A DNA stretch of 64,000 nt. Source: Octopus vulgaris (taxonomy: Eukaryota). The notes beneath the pieces are model-generated. The model was not told the DNA's origin and did no database searches. It saw only the letters and a program-made list of their open reading frames with translations. Positions 14,636 to 28,270 of this stretch are shown piece by piece. Where the stretch lies: assembly GCA_951406725.2 (NCBI GenBank), contig OX597814.1, positions 127,286,001 through 127,350,000 on the forward strand, written 5' to 3'. A program made the translations under genes and the position numbers. Position 1 is the first letter of the stretch. The number at the start of each line of letters is the position of its first letter.

Positions 14636-15631
14636 TTTTATTCAAGGTGATCCAGATAAGCTTAATCACTTACCAGAAACAGCAAACCAAAATACAATTA
14701 CTGTTTCCTTTCATGTTGTAAATTTATATGCTAATATCAATCACAAGTAAGGAATAATTGCAATTAAATATTGGCTTCATGCATATCAATTTGAATTAGC
14801 AGAATGCAGTCAAAAGATTTTATCAATAATGGGCTTAGATTTATATTACAAAATAGTCATTTCATAGTCAATGAATCAATGTACTGACAATTATCAAAAA
14901 CTGCAAGGGAACTAAAGTAGCCCTCATTTATGCTAACTTGGTGATGGCGTACCATGAAAATAAAATAACGACAAATCTTTATAGATATTTGAAAACACAT
15001 TTTATGCACATTTAAAAGACAACTTGAAAATGTCTAGGTAGCTATTTTATTTCATAACAGGCTAAACTTATGGAATTTTAAAAATATGATTAACAATGTA
15101 AGCTACAGTATTAAATTCACAGCAGTATTCAACCAGAAGGAACTACTATTTTTTAACAATTATGTAAACAGGTAAGATAGAAACAGACATTTACAATAAA
15201 CTTATAAATTCGAATTCAAAGCAGTAACTTTTCTTTACATCCTTTTATTTTAAACATACAAGAATAACCATTACATTCACCCTTACAAAAAAAGATTTTC
15301 ACAAAAGTATTGAACCTTACAGAGTACAAGCAAAGACTGGAAGAATCAAAGTCTAATAGCAAATGGAACAGAAGTAAAATATATATTCATCTCCAGGAAA
15401 GAAGTATTCAGTCAATGCCCTCATTTAAAACATTTCCTACTTCAGACTTGGAAGTCTCTATTTGTTGAATAGCCCTGGCACGGCTCCTTCAAATATCACC
15501 ATGGCCAGAACTGATGTAAGGGCGATAATTGCCATCTCACCTGCAGCACGAACATTAATATTTTTTTTTACAAAACCAACTGACCAGTATGTCTTTCTTC
15601 CTCCAGTTGTAGAGAGGTCATGTGTCTTCAA

Positions 15632-15700
15632 TCATTTGAGTCTGATGAGTCACCTATACTGATAAGCACTCTATAGGTGTGAAACCAATGGTCACTATGA
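15632..15700 (+). ncRNA. Type-I hammerhead ribozyme motif in the PLE 3' end
   Basis: CTGATGA (15642-48); stem II CACCTATA/TATAGGTG; GAAA (15681); stem III ACC-aat-GGT; cleavage triplet GTC (15691-93); stem I AGT/ACT plus TCAT/ATGA. Same strand as the upstream PLE RT. Confidence 0.8.
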
Positions 15701-16199
15701 CTGGCCATAACTTTTAACTTCCTAAAAAATATATTACTGCTTTCATGCTTTAGAGTGTGTATGTGTGTGTGTTTCCAGATATATGAACTACTGATGATAT
15801 ATACTGCATTCAAAAATAAAATATCACTTTCTTGTCTGTATTATACAACACACATTTGACGCTTCTAAAAAATAAATGTAAGTTTGATTATATACACATG
15901 TGGTTGTTATATCCATCTATTTATCTATCTACATATACCATGTTTGTGTGTGTGTGAGCATCTTAGTTTAAAAATAAATAAATTGCATCCAGCTATAAAA
16001 CATGACTTCAGAAAAATAGTTCAATCCATGCCAGCATGGAAAAGTGAACATAAAACACATGATGATGATGATATATGCAAATTTCACCATCATTGTTTTT
16101 AATGCAGACTTTTTCAAGCTTTGCATAGGTTGGATGGGTCTTTAGTACAGCACCTCAGCATTTATTGTGGTACTTTATCTCTTACACAACATTGAGATC

Positions 16200-16850
16200 A
16201 ATCTTTACTACCATTCCCACAGGTTCCTTCTACTGCTCATTTGTACTCTGTCATTCATGTACATTAACATTCCACATTCAACGAAACATGCCCACTTCAT
16301 TTCTTTCCAGTATTTCCACACAATGCATATTCATTTCTAATGTTTCAATGCTGCACAACATTGTACTTCACACATAAGCATAATACAATAGCTCCATGGA
16401 CTTTTTCCCTCCTGTTCTTACTCTGGTTATTATGCTTTAAGAACCTTCATCTCCACTACTAATTAGGTCACCTAAATAATTATATCTATCAACTACTTCT
16501 AGGGAGCTTTTCAAGCATTTGAAACAATTTGACAAGTGCTTTTCTTTGGTTCACTACTCCTGTGAATATGAAGTTTTTCCTTCTCTGTCAGCCTGTTTGG
16601 GATTCCACTGCATTTCTTATGGACTTACTGTTAACATTTGGAACACAATACAGACTTCCTACCAACACTTTTCCAATATACTTAGTATGAATTCTACCCT
16701 GATAATAGTAAGGCTCTGTCTTTTTTTCCAGTTAATTAAAACCTTTGTCTTGTCTATGTTTACTTAGACAATTCTTGATTCTAGGTTCACTTATATATTT
16801 CAAATTATTTCCTAATAATTCTTTGAAAGATTCAACCAAGAACTAGACAC
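16200..16850 (-). mobile_element. RTE-clade LINE RT 3' fragment
   Basis: Minus strand encodes SLEVVDRYNYLGD (about 16465-16507), a post-YADD RTE motif. Degenerate. Confidence 0.6.
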
Positions 16851-16996
16851 ATATACTTCTTAACCATACAACCACAGTTGTATGTATGTACTGTGTGTGT
16901 GTGTGTGTGTAAATATTTATGTACAAAATTATATTGTTATATTACATCACCACAATCATGACATAATTACACACACACATACGCACACACTATAAT

Positions 16997-17402
16997 CAAG
17001 CATGGTTGTGTGGTTAAGAAGCTTGCTTTCCAAACCGGCAGTCTTTGGTTCATTCCTATTGCGTGGCACCTTGAGAAAGTGTCTTCTACTATAACCCTGT
17101 GCTTACCACTTTGAATAGATACAGCTGATGAAAACTGAAAGAGGCTTGCTGTTGTTGTTGTTGTGTGTGTGTGCATGTATGCATATGTATGGGTATGTGT
17201 ACCTTTGTCTTGACATCACATGATGGACGTAAATGAGCATCATCGTCATACAAAAGCAGTCAATTTCCACACTTTCATGAAAAACATTACCTTGCTTGGA
17301 AACAAGTGAGGGTTGGTAACAGGAAAGGCATCAGATAGAAAATCTGCTTCCACAAATGCTGTTTGAGTGATGGAAGCATGGAAAAGTGGATGCCAGATGA
17401 TA
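16997..17402 (+). mobile_element. tRNA-derived SINE
   Basis: catggttgtgtggttaagaag...ggttcattcc head, homologous to the 2644 copy. Confidence 0.7.
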
Positions 17403-17404
17403 TA

Positions 17405-18264
17405 AAGGGTGTCCCAAAAGTCACTGATGGATTTCAATTTTTAATAACTTCCTTAACTCTACAAATAAATGCAGGAAATTTTGGTACAATATAAAGGACA
17501 TAATGGAAATTAATATGCACAAGTCAAATTTTGCAACACCACTACATCACATATGAAAAATGACATCACTTAAATAAGCAGCCATTTTTGGTTTCGCAAG
17601 CCCGTATTCTTTCCAAAACTTGCACCATAATACCCTCAAGAGTTTCAGACCCAACTTCTCTGATTTCTCTATTGATATTTTCCTTCAGTTGCACTAGGGT
17701 CTCCAGTTTGTTGATGTAAACCCTCTCTTTCAGGTATCCATGATTGAGACCTTTTGTGCTCAGCCATTCAAAGTAGGCCTCACACATGGTTCCAGCAAGA
17801 TGGGGCAACTGCTCATACTGCAAGTGAAACAATACAGTTGCTATGGCAGTGCTTTGGAGAGAGAATAATCTCTTACTATGGTAATGTCAACTGGACTTCA
17901 CGTTCTCCAGACTTGACTAGCCCAGATTTTTTCTTGTGGGGATACCTGAAAGAGAGGGTTTACGTCAACAAACTAGAGACCCTGGTATAACTGAAGGAGA
18001 ACAAGGATAGAGAAATGAGGTCTCAAACTCTTGAGTGTGTTATGGTGCAAGTTTTGGAAAGAACACGAGTGTGTGAAGCCGAAAATGGCTACCATTTAAG
18101 CGATGTCATTTTTCATATGTGATGTAGTGGTGTTGCAAAATTTGACTTGTGCATATTAATTTCCATTATGTCCTTTATATTGTATCAAAACTTCATGCAT
18201 TTATTTGTAGAGTTAAGGAAGTTATTAAAAAGTGAAACTCATCAGTGACTTTTGGGAAACCCTG
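17405..18264. mobile_element. Palindromic non-autonomous DD41D (rosa-type) Tc1/mariner derivative
   Basis: TA TSD. TIRs agggtgtcccaaaagtcactgat / atcagtgacttttgggaaaccctg. Inverted arms of about 330 bp (17405-17739 vs 17940-18264). Transposase piece WFQQDGATAH...SPDLTSPDFFLWGYLK has 41 residues between the last two catalytic Asp. Confidence 0.92.
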
Positions 18265-18715
18265 TATGTATGTATGTATATGTATAGATAAATAGATATA
18301 CACTTATATATACAATGACATATATACATGGGGAGGGAGATTTATTTTATAGATATATTTATACACATAATTATACATATATAATTAAACTTAATTATCA
18401 GTGACTTTTAAGAAACCCCATATGTATGTATATGTATAGATAGATAGATATACACTTATATATACAATGACATACATACATACATAGGGAGGGAGAGTTA
18501 TTTTATAGATATATTTACATACATAATTATACATATATAATTAAACTTAATTATCAGTGACTTTTGGGAAACCCTGTATGTATGTATATGTATAGATAGA
18601 TAGATATACACATATATATATATATACAATCACATACATACATACATAGGGAGGGAGAGTTATTTTATAGATATATTTACACATAATTATACATGTATAA
18701 TTAAACTTAATTATC
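18241..18715 (+). repeat. Tandem triplication of a 156-bp unit (mariner TIR tip + flank)
   Basis: Units start atcagtgactttt at 18241, 18397 and 18553. Each ends aattaaacttaatt. Confidence 0.9.
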
Positions 18716-19140
18716 TACATAGTCACACACACACACACACACACACATATTTACTGTATACTCACATAGATCAATATGTCTCAAATATATAATTTTTCTG
18801 AATTTAAGGTTTTCTTCCCTCCAGCCCACTCCATTTAGGTGTTAACAGTTTAAAGTAAGGGTTTGTTATATGGAAGTAATGAATGACCATAAAACATAGA
18901 GAGAAATATAATGAAGAGTATAATGAAGTGAAGAAGGCAAATAGGTATGAGGTAGCTTGTTGCAATATAGTTGGGTCATATGATGGGCAGATGACTAGAA
19001 GTGCAGAAAGGAGACATACAGCAAGAAGACATTGATATAGTAAAAAAAGTGATCATAATTATATTACTAACAATTTATTTTATGAATAATAGCATTTAAT
19101 CCTATTTGATTAAATACTGCTACAGTACCGATCCATTATT

Positions 19141-19790
19141 GTAGTACTCCACAGAGGCAATTATTAAATGATGGTGTAATCTATGAAATAACAACATCAA
19201 AAGATGTAGGAAAATAGTTAAGTGGTGATTTAACAGGATTGTAAGTGAGAGAGGAGAGAATCTGAGATTAAAAGCTAAAATCCATTAAAAATTTTTTACA
19301 AACATATGTAAGCATCCACATTTTACAAGACTATTCAACTAGATAGGGAAGAAAGAGATGACAGTACACACACATACAGAACACACCAGTAGCAGTGGTT
19401 GGGTATTAACAGGAACATGAATGGCATGAACTGTAGTAGTAAGTGTTTTATAGATGCATGCTCTAACACTAACTACTCCAATGTAAAGTGAAAGTACTGC
19501 TGTCTATTTAGCTTGGATAGAAGACTGTTTTCAGTTGTGATTCAATTCATGCAGTATTTATCATAAATAAATATCAATTGTAGAGATAATAATATTTCAA
19601 CAATTTTAACAGCTTATGTGGTACTCCACAGAGACAGTTATCAAATGATGTTGTAATCTATATGAAATAACAACACCAAAATATGTTTCAGGAAAATAGT
19701 TAGTAATGATTTAACAGAATTGCATGTAAGTGAGGAGGGAAATCTGAGTCTAATAGTTAAAATCTATGAAAAGAAATTTACAAACATATG
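19141..19790 (+). repeat. Diverged direct duplication of about 170 bp
   Basis: 19141-19308 and 19618-19790 share gtactccacagag...gtaatcta...gaaataacaac...ggaaaatagtta...gatttaacag...tttacaaacatatg. Confidence 0.85.
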
Positions 19791-22329
19791 CAGACAGATA
19801 TAGCTAAAGAGAAACAAAAACTAATATTTAAGAAGAGCATCAGCAGCAGTGACTGCAGCAGAGTGACAGCAGCAGTAGAGGTAGGACAAAAGTAGGATGA
19901 TTTTCTTCTTTTACAGTAGTAAGTGACTACAATTTTACCAATAGTGTTACTAAGGAAACAGGCAGAAATTCAGCAAGAGTTCCTGCTTTGCTATCGATCT
20001 GTCATGCCAGATAGACAAGCAAGCAGCAGCAGCAGCAGGAGTAATAGTAGCAGCAACAGCAGCAGTAGTAAGCAGTGATGTCATTCTCCTGCTTTTCTAC
20101 TCAATGAATGAACGTCATCAAGTCTGAGAAATAGATTGAAACAAGATGTAGTTGTTCTATCAAGCAGCTGGATTGGGAAATGTTGGAAGATAATATTGCA
20201 AGTGATCAGTGATAAAATATATATAAGATAGGGTGACTTTTAGTTGTTGGTGATTGGCAACAACTAATGACAGTTCATGAAGCTCTGTTATAATAAAACA
20301 TGGCTACTGCAGTAGTGACAACTGGCAGAATAGTTAGCCAACAACAATCAATACTAGGGCTTGAAATGAAACAAGTCCAATAAACATGCAGAAGCATGGC
20401 AAAATACCTGAGCAGTATGTAATGTATAGGATTGTGAATACATTTTCTTTGTACTGTAATAATATTACACATGTTGGAGATATGTTAGAAATTGATATTT
20501 TAAATGAATAACATCTGATATTTCACATACTACATGTAACTGGACATAACATTATAAAACATTCACGTGAAATACAGGGGACATTACACGTTAATTAAAT
20601 ACAGATACCACTATATGTTAATTGCAAATGAGACAACGATAAACATGACATTACGTAGTAAACACAAACAATGCTACAAGTTAAATGCAAATGCCATAAA
20701 AAAGAAGCAACTTAAGTACTTTTGTAATTATTTTATAAAATTGCGGATTATAGGTTATTAAAACTAAGCAAAAATGGTGATAAGTTGTTTCATTCTACCA
20801 AAACTTTTAGAGTAAGGTGTTGAATTAGAAGATGAAAAATATTTAAAAAGGCTTTATAACCTCTAATTTGACAGCTCTGAATTCATATTCTACTAGTGGC
20901 AATTATATATTGCATGATTGTCAAATATTAATATAGCTATGGAAATGAAGCAAATAACTATACTCTTACAACAATACACCATGCCAAGAAAAGAAATTAG
21001 TGAGGAAGTTCTAAGATATAATAATGGTATATAGGAAGGTGGATTTGCTGAGCTCATTAATGACATAAGTGGGAAGAAGTAGTTCTAGATGGGCATTTAA
21101 AGTGAACTCTTTGCTAAATTTACTAAGCTCTTCAACATTACAATATTTTGTAACCAACTGTAGGAAGATGTCTACATTATACATAGTGGAAGATTCAAGT
21201 ACTTAAACTTTTCAAAAAATGTTTCTATTTATTTATTGATTTTGTTTTTATAATTTGGTAACATCTATTTGAAAATTACTTTTCTTTTCAAGCAAATGGT
21301 ACATTATGAAAAATTGTTTCAATCACTTGTATTTATTAATTATAGCCACAGCCAATAAATTGGTATAATTATTTCTCGTATTTCAAGTATAAGATATAAA
21401 TTCAGTGTTAAGAAATTTGTGTGGCTATAAGACAACTCTCAGTCAAACTGGCAAAAGAATATTTGTCTCTATATTTTTCTTACATGTTATAATTCAATTT
21501 AAACATAGAATATAGAGACATCAATTACTTGTAGAGCCCTAAGTCAGTCCTATTTTAGCAGACAACAAAGGTGATCCATCATTGGCCAGTCTGTCTTTTC
21601 CCTTCCTTCAAACATAAGGCATCTGTTGTGTCCTCTTTTAAAAACTGTAGAGGGCAGTTTGATGGAGACTTCTAACAGACTAAGTGAACAATCCTTTGTT
21701 AACTCAAGACATCAATTAGGTAAAACTAGAAATCCAGGTCCATCTATACCAAATGGGGCACACACTGAAAAACAAAAAACACTCAATTGAAGGATGAAAT
21801 TATCCTTCCATTATGCCCTTGAATGCAATAGCAAGATGCAATGAAGATATTTGTACGTATAGTTTTATGAACTGAACTGAAATTTAGGTTAAATTCATGA
21901 ATATTATTAAGTGTTACAAATTTTTGTAAAATCAATGAAAGTGAATAGTCTGTTGTATATAGTAGTAACTTAGTTGAGATATAAATAATTAGTTTTGCTC
22001 CAAAGATCTAAAGTAATGTTTCTGTTACATAACTATTCACAAATAACTTGTGAAGGAAGCCAATATCAAAACTGTTGTCTATAATTTTATTTTCCACATC
22101 AATATTCCAACAATTGGCTGGTTGAGACAATTGAAACTTGTTCTTCATATAAGTCTTCATTTTCCATCATAAAAAAAAACTCCCACCAAAAACCTTTTGT
22201 TTTACTTTATTGATTTACAAGATCTAACTAGAACTAAGGATCTCAGAAAGTAGTAATCAAAAAGTAGACTTATGGAGAATAACACAAAATGAATTCAAAG
22301 ATCTGTTCTTTGGTGACACAGCAATGCTA

Positions 22330-22578
22330 ATCATCATCATCAATACCACTTGTATGATGATGGCACTTACAACTTTCACACAATATCAAGGACACACACA
22401 CAAATGAATATACACGACAGGCTTCTTTCAGTTTCTTTCTACCAAATCCACTCACGAAAATTTGGTTGGTTCAGAGCCATAATAGAAGACACTTACCCAT
22501 AGTGCCATTACAATAGGACTGAATCTGAAACCATGTGGTTGGGAAGCAAGCTTCTTACCACACAGCCATGCCTGTGCT
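22330..22578 (-). mobile_element. tRNA-derived SINE
   Basis: Reverse complement of the 2644 head (cttcttaccacacagccatgcctgtgc at 22551-22577). Confidence 0.75.
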
Positions 22579-24539
22579 AATGCTAAATGCAAATGTGCAT
22601 TGTATATGCACTTATAAGAGAGCTTGATTATATGAGGATATAACATCTGGCACTCTTACAAGTCCAGTGCTTTAATCAGTGTTTCTATGAAATGAAGTTG
22701 AGCAAATGTACATATCAAAATTAAAAATGGATGTTATAATGATAATAGCATACATGTACTTTTGGAATAAGTGATTTGCTACAATATTTTTTTGGTATAT
22801 GTTCTTTTACATTTGTAATCCTTTTTATAATGAACAGGTTTGTCTACCTAGACTTGTTGAATAAAAGTACTAAGAATTAAAACTTCTTTTGTGAGCCTTC
22901 GGTTTGTGGATGAAAATTAAACTTTCTGAAGATATAATTACTCTTCTAGTGGTAATGTTGGTAAGCAGTTTCAAACACCGTTTTCTACTTCACCAACTAT
23001 TTTAACTTTCACAAGTCAGCATACTCTAGAAGTCACTTTTAGAGACAAGATGGTAATCAGGCTTCCATAACTTACATTTAATTTTTTTAACAAAATTGAA
23101 TTAATATATTTAATACATAATTTTCTTTAATAACAATCAGAATAAAATGTCATCTTCATCACTGTTAAGTCTTGTGACATTTTGAAGTAGGGGGCAATCT
23201 GATACCTCTAAACATGTTTTACCCAATAATTTCATTTCCTTTGAAGTATTTAAATTGTGGAAAAGCTATTTTTAGTAATCTAAAAATACACAAAAACTGT
23301 TAAACCTTTTATTTATTTTTTAAGTTGTCAAAAGTTTGGTTATACAATATGAGTTGGCCACAGACCCAGTTTTCACTACAACTGTTTGTAACTGAAACTG
23401 TCAGCAACAGGCTGCAGTTGTGCAATGAAAACTGATATCCGAAAAAATAAATGAAAAGTGAATTTAAGAGTTTTATTGTGTGTTTTTTTTAGATAGTTAA
23501 AATGGCTCTTGTATGAAGTAACTGTTCCAATTTCAAGAGGCAGTCTCAGATCAAGTCACCTGTTAGATATATAAAACTCTGAATTTTCCTTTGAAGTTTC
23601 CCACTAAAAGTTTACAAATAAACTTGAAACCCAATAATATAATTGACAGTGTTTATGAAATTTAAATTTTACAGCAGCAGATTTCTTTTGTACAGAGAAC
23701 TACCAAATTTTGAAAGGTATTCAACTATTCAGACATGGTCATTCTTTACAAATATCAAAGCCAAAGCAGTAGGTGTTTTTATTTGGACTCCATGGTAGCA
23801 ACTTCTAAATTTCAAACTCAATACCTATCAGAGACCACACAAAATGCACAGAATGGAAGATTGGAATTTAACACAGAGATTTTGATAGTGCACATCTCTA
23901 ATTTTCTGTTAACAGAACTTACAACAGGACTAAATTTTTCCAGTATTTAAAAAGATTTTCAAAATTTAAATCTTGTCATGAAAACCAAAACAAACCAAAT
24001 AAAATAGAATCATCTTTAAATAAGTAGTAATTTAACTCAGCAATATAAAAGATGAAAGCAGATCCATACTTCATACAAATATATTATCAAGTCTTGTGTC
24101 TTTGCTGCAATCAATGTGAAAGTAGCTGTTCGAAATCAAAGATCCACTTAATAATGGAATGGTCAGTAACAGAAACAGCACTGAGCTATAAAAACATTTA
24201 CACGAACAATATGCAAATGTTAAAAAAAAAAAAAAATCTCGCAATACTAGAATCATTGTCATCATAACACCCACTTTTTCATGCTTGCATAGGTCAGAAT
24301 TTGTCAAGGCAGATTTTTTATAGCCACATGCCCTTCCAGTAACCAATGCTCACTTGTTTCCAAGTGAGGCAATAGAAGTAATATTTTCCCATGGAAGATT
24401 GGAAATGAATGACGCTGCTATGGCAATGATGCTTGTTTACAAATATCATGTGGTGAAGACAAGGTAACAAAAACATACCTTCACACACATACAACTTGAC
24501 TTAGCTGGGTTTGAACTGAGAAGTATGAAAGGAAATAAC

Positions 24540-24895
24540 TAAATGCTGAAAGTCCTTTTGTCCAGTGTTGTATTGGTTCTGGCTACCACTGTTATATGCT
24601 GTAACATAATCACGTGATTAACCAGACTATTGGATGTTGTTATACATTGCTGGTCACAATGTGTTTTGCATTCTTTTAGCTTTTTAATGATACCACCCTG
24701 CTGGCTAGGCAAGCAGGACAACATCATCTCCCACTGGAAGGCAAGTTGTTGTAGGATTACCTGTTTATAGTTGAGTGGACTGGAACAGTGTGATATGAAA
24801 TGTTATGCTCAAGACCATAATGCAAAGCCAGTCTGGCAATCAAACTCATGATCTTATAATCGTGAGTGCAATTTGTTTAACCACTGTCTTCACTG
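24540..24895 (-). mobile_element. SINE(s), second tRNA-head family
   Basis: Reverse-complement match to 45550-45810 (accagactattggatgttgttatacattgctggtcacaatg; gcaagcagg). A 31-bp tandem duplication lies at 24867-24927. Confidence 0.6.
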
Positions 24896-25114
24896 TCTGC
24901 AATTTGTTTAACCTTCTGTCTTCACTATGACATAATAATGGTAACTAAGTAAGAGAATACCAAACTGTTTACATATCTCTGATCCTTATACCAGTTTAAA
25001 AGATTCTTTTGAAGAAATGGTTGCACAGACTTTAAGCAGATAAACAAAAAACTGTGTATTTTAATATAATCAGTTAAGTAATTCCAGTAATCTACTTATC
25101 ATCAAAATCATAAT

Positions 25115-25375
25115 CGTCGTTTAATGTTGGCCATCCATGCTGGTTTAACAGGAGCTGGCTGGGCAGGAGCCTGCACCAGGCTTCTGTGTCTGTTTTAGCA
25201 CAGTTTTTACAGCTGGATACCCTGTCTAACAGCAACTACCTACCCAGCAGAGTAGACAGTGTTTTTTATGTGACACAAGCTCAAGCGAGGTCAATTTTGG
25301 TATGGTTTTTCCAGTTGGATGCCCTTCCAAATACCAACAACTTTACAGTGTGAACTGGATGCTTTTTGTGTGGAG
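25115..25375 (-). mobile_element. (GAT)n-tailed RTE-3'-related repeat
   Basis: tcgtcgtttaatgttggccatccatgctgg...acagctggat...gcccttcc. Confidence 0.65.
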
Positions 25376-27859
25376 TTATATCTAGAGAAATAATTTCAAC
25401 AATGAAGGAGGAAAAATGAATTATTATATAGCAAAACCCCTAGAGAAAACAGGATTTCTCTTCAGACTGTAGTTCTTACAGACCTCTGCTCATACTTGTA
25501 TATAAAAACATTCCCCCATGCATACATACACACATATACCATCATAAAGACACACTTGTGCAAGTGTGCCCATGTGTCTGCCTGTCTATATAGGTAGAGC
25601 ATAGTCAACTGGATAATAAGTTTGTTTTGCAAGCATAAGGTCCAAGGTTCAATCCCACTACTTGGCATCTTTGACAAATGTAATTTTCAATAGCCTCGAG
25701 TTAACCAGTATTTTGTGAGTAAAATTGAGTAAACAAAAACTGTACAAAAGCTCATCAGATGGATTATACATGTAATTCACAGGTACAGCCTTGTCACACA
25801 CTGTGTCATGCTGATTCCAATTGGGAATCACATTAAGGGGACAAATATCTTGTGTGCAATGCTCAGCTACTTACATTCAAATTCAATAAACAAGTAATTC
25901 AATTGATTGAAACTGTCCTAAGATATATCCAACCAAACACACACGCATGTGTGCACGCACGCACACACACACACACAGGGTGAAGTTATGTGTAACTTAG
26001 TGGTTCAGACATTAAGTTAATGATTATGAAGTTGTGGGTTCTAAGAAGTGTGTTGTTTCCTAGATCAAGGAAATTCATTTCATGTTGCTCCCATCTACTC
26101 AGCTGAGACTGAGTACCAGGTGATTGCTGGTACAGTGCTCCCTTTCTCTCCCATTCAGTTACCACATCCTTGATGTTCTACTGGGCCAAGTGAGTGTCTA
26201 TGTCTGCTCACAACTAATATATATATATATATATATATAGTCAAGCTACCAGGTCATATTCACTTGTGAGTGACAGCTAAGCTCCTATATACACTACTAC
26301 ATCATTTTACCTTCACCTCGAGTAATGTCTGTAGTGCTAGTTGTAGTATATGTCCTTATTCAGAGAACTGGTATGCTGAGAGGTACGATGTGAGGGCCAT
26401 TGACTACATTTTTTTTACTGATATTTCTTTCTAAACTTAACTTTAAACTACATGCAAACACACACACACACACCATATGTAGACAGTTTACTTGATACGT
26501 GTAGCGATTGTATGTTTGTTCTGTTGAAAGAGATTACTAGATTGTCATGTTTTTACACAGCAGGATATTGTCAAGGTCTCTGTTTATTGGGCTAGTACAC
26601 ATGGCCTGTGGTATTAAGGTTTTGTGTAGAAGGTAAGGTAGGAAGGTGAAGAATGGTAAGGTAAGAAGTGAAGAATGGTATTTATGGTGTTGTTAGATGT
26701 AACAGCAAGCCAGCCGTTCATACACAGAAGAAAGAGTTGTAGGAGACTAGGAGATAAAATTTGGGTGTACATAGTGTGGGTCAGAAAGTGCCCTATTGGC
26801 ACACAATGCAACAGTGCAGTCTAACAGGAAGCTTCTGACCCAAGAAAGGAGACATATGATAATCATAAGTGGACATTTTGGATAAGTTGTCAAAACAGAT
26901 TGGTTGACTTACTAGAGTGTTAAATTACCATACAGAAGCAGAAGTTCAAATTTAACCACAATTATTAAATTAGTCTATAATCAAAGCATATTCTACATGA
27001 AAAATTTACATAAATTCTCTGTTGACATCTGGGCACATAGCAGTAGGCAGAACAAGGCATTGCATCCTATCTTATCCATAAGAAAGAAGTTTACTGTGTT
27101 ATTTTCAATTTGAAATAAAATAGGAAAAAATTAGGTGAAAAATTAGATTGAAAGAATTGAATACACTTCAAACTATCAAGTCAGTTTAACAGTATTAGTT
27201 ATGCTACTTAGGTTTGTTTATATCAGGACAATTCTGATTTCAGAGCATAGAAAAACAAACAATCTTAAATAACTAGATAAATGTAATCCCATTGTTGTAT
27301 GTCAATTGGTCAATCAGCAAAGTGCTATTCACTCGACTTAGTCTAATCTCCTTAATAGGCTTTCAATGCCAATATATAACCTCCATTAATTGATATAAAA
27401 GTAAAACTATCACCTGAATAACATTAATTTGGCATATTGTATATGACGGTCTTCAATTTCATATGGCTTTGTGGTGGTCAAAGAGACTTTATCAGCAAAT
27501 AATCTTTCCAGCAAAATATTATATGTAAATAAAAAGAAAATACCTCCTCAATCTTTCCTAGCTGTAAATACTGTACTTTAGCCTTCATCTCCTTTCTGCC
27601 TGCATTACCTTCAAAGTTAAAACCATCGCTTTTTATGGTAATATCTGGTTTAGTGGAGGGATAAGTTAAGGGAACTATTTTCTTTTATTGGATTGGATTG
27701 GAGAAGGATGTGCTCATGACCTTCTCAAGCCCTCTGAAGACCAGCGAGTTCAATTCAATTAAATGTTCCTCTTGAACAATTGCAAATTGACAAGTGTAAG
27801 AAAGGATGTTTCAGGGAGTTGACATTCTAGAAGGGCAGACTAAGTTTAGTGGTTAGTGT

Positions 27860-28270
27860 GGTACTTGGATACATGGGTGAGGAGAGGGAAGACAAGTAAG
27901 CTGGAAGAGCTTGAATGAAGGTAGTATGAGATTAGTTCTGAAGAGCAAAGACCAGTGTATAAAGGTTAAAAAAGGCAGCGAAAGGAGACAAGTCCAGCGC
28001 TATAGGTCCAAGTATACTGGAAAGTGACTTTACGCCAATCAATTGGGTGACTAATCTTTAGATAGGGTCTAGGAGATCTGTGCATGTAGCAGCAATACCA
28101 ACCCAATATGGGAGCAATACTTAACGGTGAACCTTGCATGAGGTTTGTACAGAGTTAGTAGTTAATAGGCACTGAACTACTTTCTGGTCATAAAAGGTAA
28201 AAACAGTCTTCGCAATGTGAAGGATGTGCATTTAACAAGAGAAATTCTTAATAATAGTAAAACCTAGAAT
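27860..28270 (-). mobile_element. CR1/Jockey-group LINE RT C-terminal fragment
   Basis: Minus strand gives a YCSHI(W)..AAT..LLD.I motif typical of CR1/Jockey RT C-termini. A related 3'-end-like fragment lies at about 26600-26860. Confidence 0.5.

Larger units (their letters stand above)
13050..15720 (+). mobile_element. Degenerate Penelope-like retroelement (RT pseudogene + 3' pLTR)
   Basis: PLE RT motifs in order: VISFSEETLT (about 13922), EADNGNTVVIMD (14222), FYGLPKIHK (14423), VSFHVVNLYANI (14703), TA.GTKVALIYANLVM (14900), IETDIYNK (about 15178). Many stops and frameshifts. Ends at a hammerhead motif. Confidence 0.9.

Noticed and set aside
19835-20075. CAG-rich tract suggesting a polyQ exon
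   Set aside because: It is interrupted by stops, with no sustained open frame or clear splice context.
27030-27700. Possible restriction-like endonuclease relic (TKPDITI on the minus strand)
   Set aside because: A single short motif is too little to support a call.
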